Below are positions 40,642-50,312 of a DNA stretch of 60,541 nucleotides, piece after piece (the first letter of the stretch is position 1; the number at the start of each line of letters is the position of its first letter). Under the pieces are notes generated by a model. That model searched no databases and was not told the DNA's origin. It saw only the letters and a list, made by a program, of their open reading frames with translations. The position numbers and the translations under genes are program-made. The stretch lies in the NCBI GenBank assembly GCA_024405635.1, contig JAKSOL010000018.1, positions 1 to 60,541 of the forward strand, read 5' to 3'. This DNA comes from Salinivirgaceae bacterium (GTDB lineage Bacteria; Bacteroidota; Bacteroidia; Bacteroidales; SZUA-534).

Positions 40642-42093
40642 ATGATTATGGAAGAAAACAAACAAATTGTTGCTGCTATTGATGTTGGTACAACCAAAGT
40701 TGTAGCAGTTATAGGCCGAAAAAACGACGAGGGCAAAATTGAAGTTATGGGTTTTGCAAGCGTCAAGTCGGAAGGAATGATGCGCGGAACCGTGTCAAAT
40801 GTAATTAGCGTAACAAAATCAATAGGCGAGGCTGTTGAGGCTGCACAAAAGCAATCGGGTTTGCGCATAACCGAAGCTCATGTGGGCATTGCTGGTCAGC
40901 ACATTAACTGCATTCAGCAAATGGGCTATCACATTCGCGAAGGAAAAGATTTTAGCACCCCATTTACTGCCGACGATGTTAAAAAAATCACTCGCAGTAT
41001 GCTGAATATGTCGCTTAATCCAGGCGAACAAATCATTCAAATAATACCTCAAAGCTATTCGGTTGACAACGAAATAACCGAAAACCCAATTGGTATGCAA
41101 GGGTCGCGCCTTGAGGTAAACTATCATATTGTTACTGGCCGTCAGAGCTACATCAATATGTTAAAACAATGTGTTGAGGAAAACGGCATCAAGGTTCTTT
41201 CAATAACACTTGAACCAATTGTGTCGGCATGTTCGGTTTTGTCGGCCGACGAAATGGAACTTGGCGTTGCCTTGGTTGATATAGGCGGCGGTACCACCGA
41301 TTTGGCTATTTTCCACGGCGGCAAAATTTGCTACACATCGTCAATACCTTTTGCGGGAAATACTATTACTACCGATATTCAAAAAGGCTGCGGTATTCTT
41401 CCACGCACTGCCGAAGAGATTAAAATTAAATGCGGAGCAGCTGTATTAACCGACCCAAAAGATAAACAAACTTGCATCACCATTCAAGGTTTGCCAGGTC
41501 GTCGTGCTTCTGAAATTACACTCGACACATTGTCGCAAATAATAGGTTCGCGTGTGGGTGAAATTTTCGACGAGGTGAAACGCCAAATAGTAAATTCGGG
41601 TTATGCCAACAAACTACCTGGTGGCATTGTGCTTACTGGCGGTGGTTCGCAACTTAAAAACCTGAAAACATTTGTGTCGTTCAAATTCGGAATCGACGTT
41701 GTTTTGGGTGTCCCAAAAATTCCAGTAACCAGCGCAATGGGCGACGAATATGCTCAAAAAATACAATCGCCAGAAAATGCAACAGCCATCGGCTTGCTAC
41801 TTCGTGGTTTCAATGCGTTTGACAAATTGTCGGAACTTGAGTACAACATTGGCGAGTCGTTAGTTTACAACGAAGCTGAAGAGAAACTTGTTTCCGATAA
41901 AGCCGAAGAACTGAACGAGGTTAAAGCTGAGACCACTGCAAAAGCTGAAAAGAAAGACAAAAAGGGTCTTATTTCGTGGCAAAACTTCGGTTCAAAGTTC
42001 AAAAAAACAGCCGAAAATTTAGTAAATGCAGTGTTTACCGACCCCGATGAAGTGCCTTCGCAAACACCAAACGATAAAGAGACAAACAATTAA
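40642..42093 (+). CDS. ftsA: Cell division protein FtsA
   Basis: AIDVGTTKV, VDIGGGTTD, VLTGGGS. Confidence 0.95.
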   Translation: MIMEENKQIVAAIDVGTTKVVAVIGRKNDEGKIEVMGFASVKSEGMMRGTVSNVISVTKSIGEAVEAAQKQSGLRITEAHVGIAGQHINCIQQMGYHIREGKDFSTPFTADDVKKITRSMLNMSLNPGEQIIQIIPQSYSVDNEITENPIGMQGSRLEVNYHIVTGRQSYINMLKQCVEENGIKVLSITLEPIVSACSVLSADEMELGVALVDIGGGTTDLAIFHGGKICYTSSIPFAGNTITTDIQKGCGILPRTAEEIKIKCGAAVLTDPKDKQTCITIQGLPGRRASEITLDTLSQIIGSRVGEIFDEVKRQIVNSGYANKLPGGIVLTGGGSQLKNLKTFVSFKFGIDVVLGVPKIPVTSAMGDEYAQKIQSPENATAIGLLLRGFNAFDKLSELEYNIGESLVYNEAEEKLVSDKAEELNEVKAETTAKAEKKDKKGLISWQNFGSKFKKTAENLVNAVFTDPDEVPSQTPNDKETNN

Positions 42094-42115
42094 AACAATA
42101 TAAATCTTTACTGAT

Positions 42116-43603
42116 ATGGAAGACGAATTGATGGAATTTGACATGCCACAAGGCAAAGACTCAATCATTAAAGTGATTGGTGTTGGCGGTGGTGGTGGCA
42201 ATGCTCTTAATCACATGTTTGAGCGTGGCATCACTGGTGTCGATTTTGTTATTTGCAACACCGATAACCAAGCATTGAAACAAAGCCCAGTTCCAAACAA
42301 AATACAACTAGGATCAAATCTTACCAATGGATTGGGAGCAGGCAACAAACCCGAGCGTGGTCGTCAGGCTGCAATTGAAAGCCTCGACGACATTGCCGAA
42401 ATACTTTCGCACAACACTCAAATGGTGTTTGTAACTGCCGGAATGGGCGGTGGCACTGGTACTGGTGCTGCTCCAATTATTGCAAAAGAGGCTAAAGACA
42501 ACGACATCTTAACCGTAGGCATTGTTACTCTACCTTTCCGCGTTGAGGGTCCAAAACGCATGAAACAAGCTATGGAAGGCCTGAACGAAATGCGCGAAGT
42601 AGTTGACTCTCTTATAGTTATTGACAACGAAAAGCTCCGCGAGATTTATGGCAATTTACCAGCATCACAAGCCTTTGGTCATGCCAACGATGTGTTAGCC
42701 GATGCCGCAAAAGGTATTGCCGAAATTATTACCGTTCACGGTTTGGTAAATGTCGATTTTGCCGATGTTAAATCGGTAATGAGCAACAGCGGCGTTGCAA
42801 TTATGGGTTCGGCAATGGCATCGGGCGACAACCGCGCTTACGACGCTGTAACCGAGGCCTTGCGCTCGCCTTTGTTGAGCAATCACGATATTAAAGGTGC
42901 CAGCAACATTCTTATAAACATTGCTTCAAGTCCCGAGCACGAGGTTACTCTTGACGAAATTGGTATCATAAACGACCACGCACAAGCTGCATCTGACAAT
43001 AATGCCGACATTATTTGGGGCGACACCTACGACGAGTCGCTTGGCGAAAGCGTTTCGGTTACTATTATCGCTACTGGTTTCTCCGACAGCTTGTTGCAAG
43101 ATTTGCCAATGCCTACTGTTGTTTCAAAACCAACACCCAAGGTTGATCAACCTGTTGACGAGCAACCAACTGCTGACAAAAACGAGCCAATTGACTTTAA
43201 TTTTGACGATGCTGTTGAATCGTCAATGACCGACGAAATGGAGATTACAAGCGAGGCGGAAATGGAAACAAACCCAGTTATCTTCATTGAGCAAAATGTG
43301 GCTGAAACTGAAACTCAAGGTCAACTTGAATTGTTTACCATTGATCAAATTCCGCAAGTTGAAATTCCTGTTGCCGAGCGTCCAGCAAAACCTTTAGATT
43401 ACGATACCGAAGAGAAACTTAAGAATTTGGAAAACGTGCCTGCATACATGCGTGCTGGCATAAAAATCGATTCGCAAGTTAACAACGAGAACTATCAACC
43501 CGAAGACGAGAGCCAACTTTCGCGCACAACAATTTCAACCGACAAAGACGGTAACATAAAACTGCGCCAAAACAACTCGTTTTTGTTCGATAATGTTGAT
43601 TAG
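42116..43603 (+). CDS. ftsZ: Cell division protein FtsZ
   Basis: GMGGGTGTG tubulin signature, NVDFAD, Bacteroidota-type NNSFLFDNVD tail. Confidence 0.98.
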   Translation: MEDELMEFDMPQGKDSIIKVIGVGGGGGNALNHMFERGITGVDFVICNTDNQALKQSPVPNKIQLGSNLTNGLGAGNKPERGRQAAIESLDDIAEILSHNTQMVFVTAGMGGGTGTGAAPIIAKEAKDNDILTVGIVTLPFRVEGPKRMKQAMEGLNEMREVVDSLIVIDNEKLREIYGNLPASQAFGHANDVLADAAKGIAEIITVHGLVNVDFADVKSVMSNSGVAIMGSAMASGDNRAYDAVTEALRSPLLSNHDIKGASNILINIASSPEHEVTLDEIGIINDHAQAASDNNADIIWGDTYDESLGESVSVTIIATGFSDSLLQDLPMPTVVSKPTPKVDQPVDEQPTADKNEPIDFNFDDAVESSMTDEMEITSEAEMETNPVIFIEQNVAETETQGQLELFTIDQIPQVEIPVAERPAKPLDYDTEEKLKNLENVPAYMRAGIKIDSQVNNENYQPEDESQLSRTTISTDKDGNIKLRQNNSFLFDNVD

Positions 43604-43678
43604 CAATTGTTCACTCATATTGCCAAAATTAAAATTGAAAAGTGCCGTACAACGGTCAAAGCATCAAAAAACTAAAAA

Positions 43679-44713
43679 ATGAAAATTGAATTTTCAGCAA
43701 AGCAAATAGCCGAGGCTTTACAAGGTGAAGTTGTTGGCAACGAGGAAGTTAAACTTTATACTGTAGCCAAAATTGAAGAAGGCAGCGAGGGTGCTCTCTC
43801 GTTTCTTGAAAATCCAAAATACGAGCCATACATCTACACAACCAAATCGTCGGCTGTGTTGGTTAACCGCACCTTTAAGCCCGAACATCCAGTAACCGCC
43901 ACTTTGATTTACGTTGACAGCGCTCGCGAGAGTTTTGCATCGTTGCTCGATATGGTTGCCGAGGCTCTTGTGCCCAAAAAATTTGGCATTGAGCAACCTT
44001 CGTTCATCGACCCAACTGCATCTTACGGCGAAGGCATTTATGTTGGAGCATTTGCCTACATTGGCAAAAACGTAAAAATGGGCAACAACGTTAAAATTTA
44101 TCCTCAAGTTTATGTTGGCGACAACGTTGTTCTTGGCGATGACGTTGTATTGATGCCTGGCGTTAAAATTTACTATAACTGCGTGTTAGGTAGCCACGTA
44201 ACCATTCATGCTGGTACCATTATTGGTGCCGATGGCTTTGGTTTTGCTCCAAACTCTGAAAACAACTACAAAAAAGTTCCGCAAATAGGCAATGTGGTTA
44301 TTGAAGATTATGTTGAACTTGGCGCAAACACTTGCGTTGACCGTGCTACAATGGGATCAACCATTGTAAAACGTGGCGTAAAACTCGATAACCTTGTTCA
44401 AATTGGCCACAATGTTCAAATTGGCGAAAACACTGTTATGTCGGCTCAAACTGGCATCGCTGGTTCAACTAAAATTGGTCGCGATTGCATGTTTGGCGGA
44501 CAAGTGGGCGTTGCTCCCCATATTACAGTTGCCAACGGTACCAAACTTGGTGCCCAAAGTGGGGTTAACTCATCGCTTAAAACCGAAGGCGCCGCTCTTA
44601 TCGGCTCTCCAGTTCAACCTTTTGCCGATTGGACCAAAAGCTACGTGCACTTCCGTCGTTTCCCCGAAATTGTGAAACGCATTGATGCCATTGAAAAGAA
44701 ATTAAAGGAATAA
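43679..44713 (+). CDS. lpxD: UDP-3-O-acylglucosamine N-acyltransferase
   Basis: LSFLENPKY, hexapeptide repeats, GADGFGF, KLDNLVQIGHNV. Confidence 0.95.
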   Translation: MKIEFSAKQIAEALQGEVVGNEEVKLYTVAKIEEGSEGALSFLENPKYEPYIYTTKSSAVLVNRTFKPEHPVTATLIYVDSARESFASLLDMVAEALVPKKFGIEQPSFIDPTASYGEGIYVGAFAYIGKNVKMGNNVKIYPQVYVGDNVVLGDDVVLMPGVKIYYNCVLGSHVTIHAGTIIGADGFGFAPNSENNYKKVPQIGNVVIEDYVELGANTCVDRATMGSTIVKRGVKLDNLVQIGHNVQIGENTVMSAQTGIAGSTKIGRDCMFGGQVGVAPHITVANGTKLGAQSGVNSSLKTEGAALIGSPVQPFADWTKSYVHFRRFPEIVKRIDAIEKKLKE

Positions 44714-44735
44714 TAAACAAATTCTTTAATGTTTT

Positions 44736-44767
44736 GCCCAGCAAGCCTTGGTTTGTTGGGCTTTTTT
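44736..44767 (+). terminator. Intrinsic terminator after lpxD
   Basis: GCCCAGCAAGCC-TT-GGTTTGTTGGGC followed by TTTTTT. Confidence 0.8.
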
Positions 44768-44813
44768 GTGCGAAATAGAAACTACTTGTAGGCTTATTGT
44801 GCGGAATATAAAT

Positions 44814-44821
44814 TAAGTTTG
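44814..44821 (+). promoter_or_regulatory. -7 promoter element
   Basis: TAAGTTTG(C) upstream of the Lrp gene. Confidence 0.6.
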
Positions 44822-44862
44822 CCTTTTATATATAAGAATATAATTCCAACAATAAACTATTT

Positions 44863-45333
44863 ATGGCACACACATCAACACTTGATGAAACCGACATTCT
44901 TATTTTGCGCGAATTGCAGCAAAACAGCCGTTTAACCAACAAAGAATTGGCGGCACGTATTCATTTAAGCACCACTCCAACATTTGAGCGTACTCGCCGG
45001 CTTGAGCGCGATGGCTACATTAAACTCTACACCGCCATTATTGATGCCGACCGCATCGACCGCGGGTTTACTGTGCTTTGCAACATTAGTACAAACAACA
45101 TTTTCAAAGATAAGATTGAAGATTTTCGCGAACAGGTTTCAAAATGGGACGAAGTTACCGAGTGCTTTAACGTAAGTGGCGAGTTCGATTTTGTAATGAA
45201 AGTTAGCGTAAGCAGCATGAAAGCCTATCAAGAATTTATAATTAACAAGGTTGGTGCCATTCAATACATTTCAAAAATCCAATCAACATTTATTATGGAT
45301 ACACTTAAAATGTCGTATGGTGTAAAATTGTAA
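44863..45333 (+). CDS. Lrp/AsnC family transcriptional regulator
   Basis: LDETDILILRELQQNSR HTH; ECFNVSGEFDF RAM domain. Confidence 0.92.
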   Translation: MAHTSTLDETDILILRELQQNSRLTNKELAARIHLSTTPTFERTRRLERDGYIKLYTAIIDADRIDRGFTVLCNISTNNIFKDKIEDFREQVSKWDEVTECFNVSGEFDFVMKVSVSSMKAYQEFIINKVGAIQYISKIQSTFIMDTLKMSYGVKL

Positions 45334-45336
45334 ATT

Positions 45337-45852
45337 ATGAGAAAAGAAAGCCGCCAAATGAGTGCCGAATGGGCGCTCGAAGTACTAGATAAAGCACCTT
45401 ATGTTACTGTGAGCATGGTAGATGCAAACGGATTACCATATTCAGTACCATTGTCGTTAGCCCGAATCAATGCCAACACATTTTATTTTCATTGTGCAAC
45501 CGAGGGCAAAAAACTCGATATTTTGCAGGCCAATCCAAATGTGTGCCTAAGTGCTGTTTCAAAATGTAAACCTACGGTGGGACCAAAAGATGGCAGTTTT
45601 ACGCTCGAATTTAAATCGGCCATTGCTTACGGAACCGCTCAAATGGTTACCAGCGAAACCGAAAAAATAGAGGCACTTAGGTGCATCTGCCAGCGTTTTT
45701 TGCCTAACCACATGGATGCGTTCAACACGTCAATTGAGCGCAGTTTGGCTCGCACTGCCGTTGTGCGCATCACGTTAACTGAACCGCCTGTTGGTAAACG
45801 CAAACAATACGATGCCAATGGCGACGAAATGAAATGGCAGCGAATGGAGTAA
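45337..45852 (+). CDS. Pyridoxamine 5'-phosphate oxidase-like / NimA-family flavin-binding protein
   Basis: PYSVPLS, FYFHCATEGKK, NPNVC, FKSAIAYG motifs. Confidence 0.85.
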   Translation: MRKESRQMSAEWALEVLDKAPYVTVSMVDANGLPYSVPLSLARINANTFYFHCATEGKKLDILQANPNVCLSAVSKCKPTVGPKDGSFTLEFKSAIAYGTAQMVTSETEKIEALRCICQRFLPNHMDAFNTSIERSLARTAVVRITLTEPPVGKRKQYDANGDEMKWQRME

Positions 45853-45902
45853 AAAACATAAACAAACAATAATCAGTCATTTTTACGCATAAATCATTCA
45901 GT

Positions 45903-47924
45903 ATGAAAAAAATAGCAATCATTGCCGTTGCAGCATTTGTAGCTTGCTCGTGCAGTAAACAACAAATCGAAAATCAAACCGAATCATGGAGCATCGACCG
46001 TTTTGCCGACATTGAAGTGTTGCGCTACGAGGTCCCTGGTTTTGAAAACCTATCGCTTAAACAAAAAACATTGGTTTACTATCTTACCGAGGCTGCACTT
46101 TGGGGCCGCGATATTTTGTGGGACCAAAACTGCCGTTACAATTTGCGAATTCGTCAACTATGCGAAATGATTTTTACCAACTACAGCGGCAGCAAATCCG
46201 ATTCAAACTGGATTGCCTTTGAACAGTACACCAAGCAAATTTGGTTTGCAAATGGTATTCATCACCACTACAGCTCGGCCAAATTCAATCCAAAATTCTC
46301 AAAAGAGTGGTTTGCTGCGCAAGTAAAGACACAGCTTGGCATTACACTTAATGCCAACGGCGAACTAATGCGTGCAATTTTCGACAACACTTATTTGCCA
46401 ATCAAAGTAAACCAAGCCGATGGCGTTGATGTGATTGCCCAAAGTGCTGGAAACTTTTACCAAAACCTTACTCAAACCGAAGTTGAACAATACTATGCCG
46501 CAGCCAAAAACTCGGCCGACCCAAATCCCATAATGTTTGGTCTAAACTCGCAACTTGTAAAAACCGATACTGGCATAGTTGAGAATGTGTGGCGAGTGGG
46601 AGGTATGTATGGCGAAACAATTGAACGCATTGTTTTTTGGCTCGAAAAAGCATCGCAAGTTGCTGAAAACGAACAACAAAAGGCTTCAATCGACAAACTG
46701 ATTTCGTTCTACAAAAGCGGCAACCTTACTGAATTTGATGAATATTCAATTCTGTGGGTAAAAGATTTGAATTCAAAAGTCGAATTCATAAACGGATTTA
46801 TTGAAAGTTACAGCGATCCGCTTGGAATGCGCGGTTCGTGGGAGTCAATAGTTAACTTTAAGGACTCGGCCAACACTGCACGCACCGAACTTATTTCAAC
46901 AAACGCCCAATGGTTCGAAAACAATTCGCCTATCGACAACCGTTTTCGCAAAACCGAAGTTAAAGGTGTTACCGCAAAAGTTATAACAGCCGCCATTCTT
47001 GCCGGCGATAGCTATCCTTCAACCCCAATAGGCATCAATCTGCCAAACTCAAACTGGATTAGGGCGCAACATGGTTCTAAATCGGTTTCAATCGACAACA
47101 TTACTGCGGCCTACGATGCAGCATCAGCCGGCAGTGGCGCTGGTGCAGAGTTTATGTGGAGCAACCAGGAACTAAACATGGCCGACAAGTATGCTCACTA
47201 TGTTGATAATGTTCACACCGATTTGCACGAGTGCTTGGGCCATGCTAGCGGCAAGTTGCTGCCAGGGGTCGATCCTGATGCGCTAAAAGCTTATGGCTCA
47301 ACACTTGAAGAGGCTCGTGCCGATATTTTTGCACTTTACTACATGGCCGACCCTAAACTTGTTGAACTTGGTGTTATGCCCAACGCCGAGGCATACAAAG
47401 CTGGCTACTATCAGCAAATGATGAATGGTTTAATGACTCAACTTGTGCGCATTTTGCCAGGCGATAACATTGAAGAGGCTCACATGCGCAACCGCGCTCT
47501 TATTGCTTATTGGACTCTTGAACGTGCTCAAAAAGATGTTGCTGAAAATGGTGGACTGCCTGCTGTGGAGTTTGCTCGTCGCGATGGCAAAACTTTTGTC
47601 AAGATTAACAACTACGACAAACTTCGCTCATATTTTGGCGAACTGCTTGGCGAATTGCAACGCATAAAATCGGAGGGCGATTATGAGGCTGGCCGCAATT
47701 TGGTTGAAACATACGGAGTTAAAGTTGATACTGCCTTGCACAACGAGGTGCTTAAACGTTACCAATCGCTTAATCTTGCTCCTTATCGTGGCTTTGTTAA
47801 CCCACGTTATGTGGCAGTTCGCAACGATTCGGGCGATATTATTGATGTTAAGATAGTTTATGGCGAAAACTACGTTAACCAAATGTTGCGTTATTCAAAA
47901 AACTATTCAGTAATGGCACAATAA
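45903..47924 (+). CDS. Dipeptidyl peptidase III (peptidase M49), lipoprotein
   Basis: HECLGH zinc motif, EEARAD, GINLPN, EAHMRNR; N-terminal lipobox. Confidence 0.92.
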   Translation: MKKIAIIAVAAFVACSCSKQQIENQTESWSIDRFADIEVLRYEVPGFENLSLKQKTLVYYLTEAALWGRDILWDQNCRYNLRIRQLCEMIFTNYSGSKSDSNWIAFEQYTKQIWFANGIHHHYSSAKFNPKFSKEWFAAQVKTQLGITLNANGELMRAIFDNTYLPIKVNQADGVDVIAQSAGNFYQNLTQTEVEQYYAAAKNSADPNPIMFGLNSQLVKTDTGIVENVWRVGGMYGETIERIVFWLEKASQVAENEQQKASIDKLISFYKSGNLTEFDEYSILWVKDLNSKVEFINGFIESYSDPLGMRGSWESIVNFKDSANTARTELISTNAQWFENNSPIDNRFRKTEVKGVTAKVITAAILAGDSYPSTPIGINLPNSNWIRAQHGSKSVSIDNITAAYDAASAGSGAGAEFMWSNQELNMADKYAHYVDNVHTDLHECLGHASGKLLPGVDPDALKAYGSTLEEARADIFALYYMADPKLVELGVMPNAEAYKAGYYQQMMNGLMTQLVRILPGDNIEEAHMRNRALIAYWTLERAQKDVAENGGLPAVEFARRDGKTFVKINNYDKLRSYFGELLGELQRIKSEGDYEAGRNLVETYGVKVDTALHNEVLKRYQSLNLAPYRGFVNPRYVAVRNDSGDIIDVKIVYGENYVNQMLRYSKNYSVMAQ

Positions 47925-47946
47925 ATTTAGCATAACATAATTTTGC

Positions 47947-47976
47947 AAAAAGAGCTCGCTGCGGTGGGCTCTTTTT
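47947..47976 (+). terminator. Intrinsic terminator
   Basis: AAAAAGAGCTCGC-TGCG-GTGGGCTCTTTTT. Confidence 0.85.
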
Positions 47977-48033
47977 CGTTCTTTGTGTTTTTTATCTAAT
48001 TTTGGAAGAGAAAAACCAACACATTACTCTGAA

Positions 48034-48498
48034 ATGAAAATTGAAAACTCAATAGCGGCAAATTTTATTCGTAACCTTTATTTGGGAATTTATTTCTTCA
48101 TTGTGGGCGCAACTGCTTCATTTGCCATCATTTACAAGAGTTTGACTTTATTTTACATCGGTTTAGCTTTGTTTGTGCTAACTTGTATTATCATATCGTT
48201 GTTGAGCTATCAGTTTTTAATTGTAGTGGTTGAGCCCGAGCGCATTTTTATTCGCTACAAAGGGCTTAATCCGTTGTTTTCCGAAAACTCGTCTATCGAA
48301 ATTTTGGCCACTAATTTTGCTGGATACAAAATTCAGCCAGCAGTGTTTGGCTTACGAAAAAATTTGCATCTGTTTGTAAACACTCATGGCGGTGTGGCCG
48401 AATATCCAACCATTAACCTTAATCTGTTGGAACAAACTCAAGTTGAAAAGGTTGAAAAGGCTCTAACTCTTTTACAAACCACAACAAGCGCAAAATAA
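48034..48498 (+). CDS. Hypothetical 2-TM membrane protein
   Basis: Two hydrophobic helices then a soluble domain; TAATTTTG promoter motif at 47997-48004; start MKIENS. Confidence 0.7.
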   Translation: MKIENSIAANFIRNLYLGIYFFIVGATASFAIIYKSLTLFYIGLALFVLTCIIISLLSYQFLIVVVEPERIFIRYKGLNPLFSENSSIEILATNFAGYKIQPAVFGLRKNLHLFVNTHGGVAEYPTINLNLLEQTQVEKVEKALTLLQTTTSAK

Positions 48499-49605
48499 AT
48501 GGACCAAACAACGCCTTCAACTCGCGATTGCCTTGCTCTTTGGGCTGTACCCAAAGTTGGAATACTCACTTTTCGAAAATTGCTTGCTAATGCTGGCAAC
48601 ATTCAAAATGTGTTCAAGTTTACGCGCACCGATTGGCAAAAATTTGGAGGAATAACCGATTCGGTTTACAAAGCCATTACCAAAACCGATTATTACAAAG
48701 TTGCCGACCAAACCTTAGAGTTTGCACAAAAATTTGGCATTCGCATCATCACTTGGTTCGATGACGATTATCCACACCGACTAAAGCAATGCGACGACGG
48801 ACCGCTTGTTTTGTTTGTAAAAGGCGATGTAATTGAGAACAACCGCAAGTATATAGCAATGGTTGGAACACGCAACTGTACAAAATCGGGTGCGTCGTTT
48901 TGCGAGCATTTTGTTAGCGAGGTTAGCAGTCGCTATCCCGATGCTTGCATAGTAAGCGGTTTGGCTTACGGTGTTGACATTGCAGCTCACAAGGCGGCTC
49001 TCAATTGTGGGCTGAAAACATACGGAGTATTGGCTCACGGGCTCGATACCATTTACCCGCCAGCGCATCGCGATTATGCGGCAAAAATGGTTAAGTGTGG
49101 GGGATTGGTGTCTGAATTCTTGCCTGGAGTTTTTCCCGACAAAAGCAACTTTGTTCGTCGAAACCGCATCATTGCTGGTTTGAGCGATTTGGTTGTTGTT
49201 GTTGAGTCTGATGTTAAAGGAGGTTCGCTTATTACAGCCGAGTATGCCAACGACTACAATCGCGAGGTTTTTGCCGTTCCTGGCCGCTTCAATGATCAAA
49301 TGTCGGCAGGTTGCAACTTGCTCATCAGAAACAATGCTGCTCATTTGGCATCAAATTTTGCCGACGTTGAGTACATAATGGGTTGGGACACCGAACGTAA
49401 ACCTGTTCAAACCAAAATTGTTTTCGACCTTCAACCCGACGAGCAACGCATAGTTGATACTCTAAAAAAAGAAAACGAGATGCCAATTGATGAACTATGT
49501 AGGTTGCTTGGTATGCCAATGTCAAAACTATCGAGCATTTTGCTCACCATGGAACTCGATGGCTACATTAAATGCCTGCCAGGTAAGGTTTACACACTGA
49601 GTTAG
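48499..49605 (+). CDS. dprA: DNA-processing protein DprA
   Basis: MVGTRN, IVSGLAYGVD, RRNRIIAGLS, GGSLITA, C-terminal winged helix. Confidence 0.94.
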   Translation: MDQTTPSTRDCLALWAVPKVGILTFRKLLANAGNIQNVFKFTRTDWQKFGGITDSVYKAITKTDYYKVADQTLEFAQKFGIRIITWFDDDYPHRLKQCDDGPLVLFVKGDVIENNRKYIAMVGTRNCTKSGASFCEHFVSEVSSRYPDACIVSGLAYGVDIAAHKAALNCGLKTYGVLAHGLDTIYPPAHRDYAAKMVKCGGLVSEFLPGVFPDKSNFVRRNRIIAGLSDLVVVVESDVKGGSLITAEYANDYNREVFAVPGRFNDQMSAGCNLLIRNNAAHLASNFADVEYIMGWDTERKPVQTKIVFDLQPDEQRIVDTLKKENEMPIDELCRLLGMPMSKLSSILLTMELDGYIKCLPGKVYTLS

Positions 49606-50312
49606 TTGCTGGCAAAGGCTATTGCTGCAACCGATACTTTCACGTCTTTTATTTGTTTAAGAACCGATGCGCAGCCATCAATGGTAGCACCGGTGGTAAG
49701 CACATCGTCAACCAACAAAACGTGGTGACCGGCAAGTTGGTCGGTGTTGTGAGCTGCAAATACGTTTTGCGTGTTTAGTGCTCGTTCGTAGCGGCTTTTG
49801 CGAGTTTGGGTTTCAGTGTACTCTGCGCGATATAGCACGGTTGTATTAACTGGAATTCCAAGTACGTTAGACATTCCAATTGCAATCATTTCGCTTTGGT
49901 TGTACCCGCGCACCTTCATTTTCTTTTTATGTAAAGGCACCGGCACAATAAATTCTATTCCATTAATAAAATCGGAATCTTTTATATCGTTGGCAAACAA
50001 TTCGCCAAGTTTTATGCCTATTTCGGTTTTGCCTTTGTATTTTAGTTGATGCACAAGATGTTGCACCATTCCCTCTTTAGCAAAATAGGTAAATGCTGTA
50101 GCTCGCTCAATTTTTGTTTTGCCCCAAAATGCTTGTTCAATAACATTGTCGGGCACCTTGTGCAAATTTGTTCGGGGCAATTTGTATTGACACTCAACGC
50201 AAATAGTGTCTTCGCCTTGCACAAGAGCGTTGCCGCAAGCATTGCAATTGTTTGGAAAAAGCAAGGCCCACAAATCGAGGCAAGTTTGTTTTACGAGACT
50301 TATAATCTTCAC
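49602..50312 (-). CDS. comF: ComF family amidophosphoribosyltransferase-like protein
   Basis: CNAC..CVEC zinc finger, VPVPLH, RGYNQS, LLVDDVLTTGAT; GTG start overlaps the upstream stop. Confidence 0.92.
   Translation of the reverse strand: MKIISLVKQTCLDLWALLFPNNCNACGNALVQGEDTICVECQYKLPRTNLHKVPDNVIEQAFWGKTKIERATAFTYFAKEGMVQHLVHQLKYKGKTEIGIKLGELFANDIKDSDFINGIEFIVPVPLHKKKMKVRGYNQSEMIAIGMSNVLGIPVNTTVLYRAEYTETQTRKSRYERALNTQNVFAAHNTDQLAGHHVLLVDDVLTTGATIDGCASVLKQIKDVKVSVAAIAFASN

Noticed and set aside
28062-43603. Absence of murF and ddl from the dcw cluster as a novelty
   Set aside because: This is the usual Bacteroidota arrangement
47925-47952. dif-like site (TTATGCTAAAT resembles the XerD arm on the minus strand)
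   Set aside because: The opposite arm does not fit XerC consensus with a 6-bp spacer, symmetry is best with 5 bp, and it overlaps a terminator
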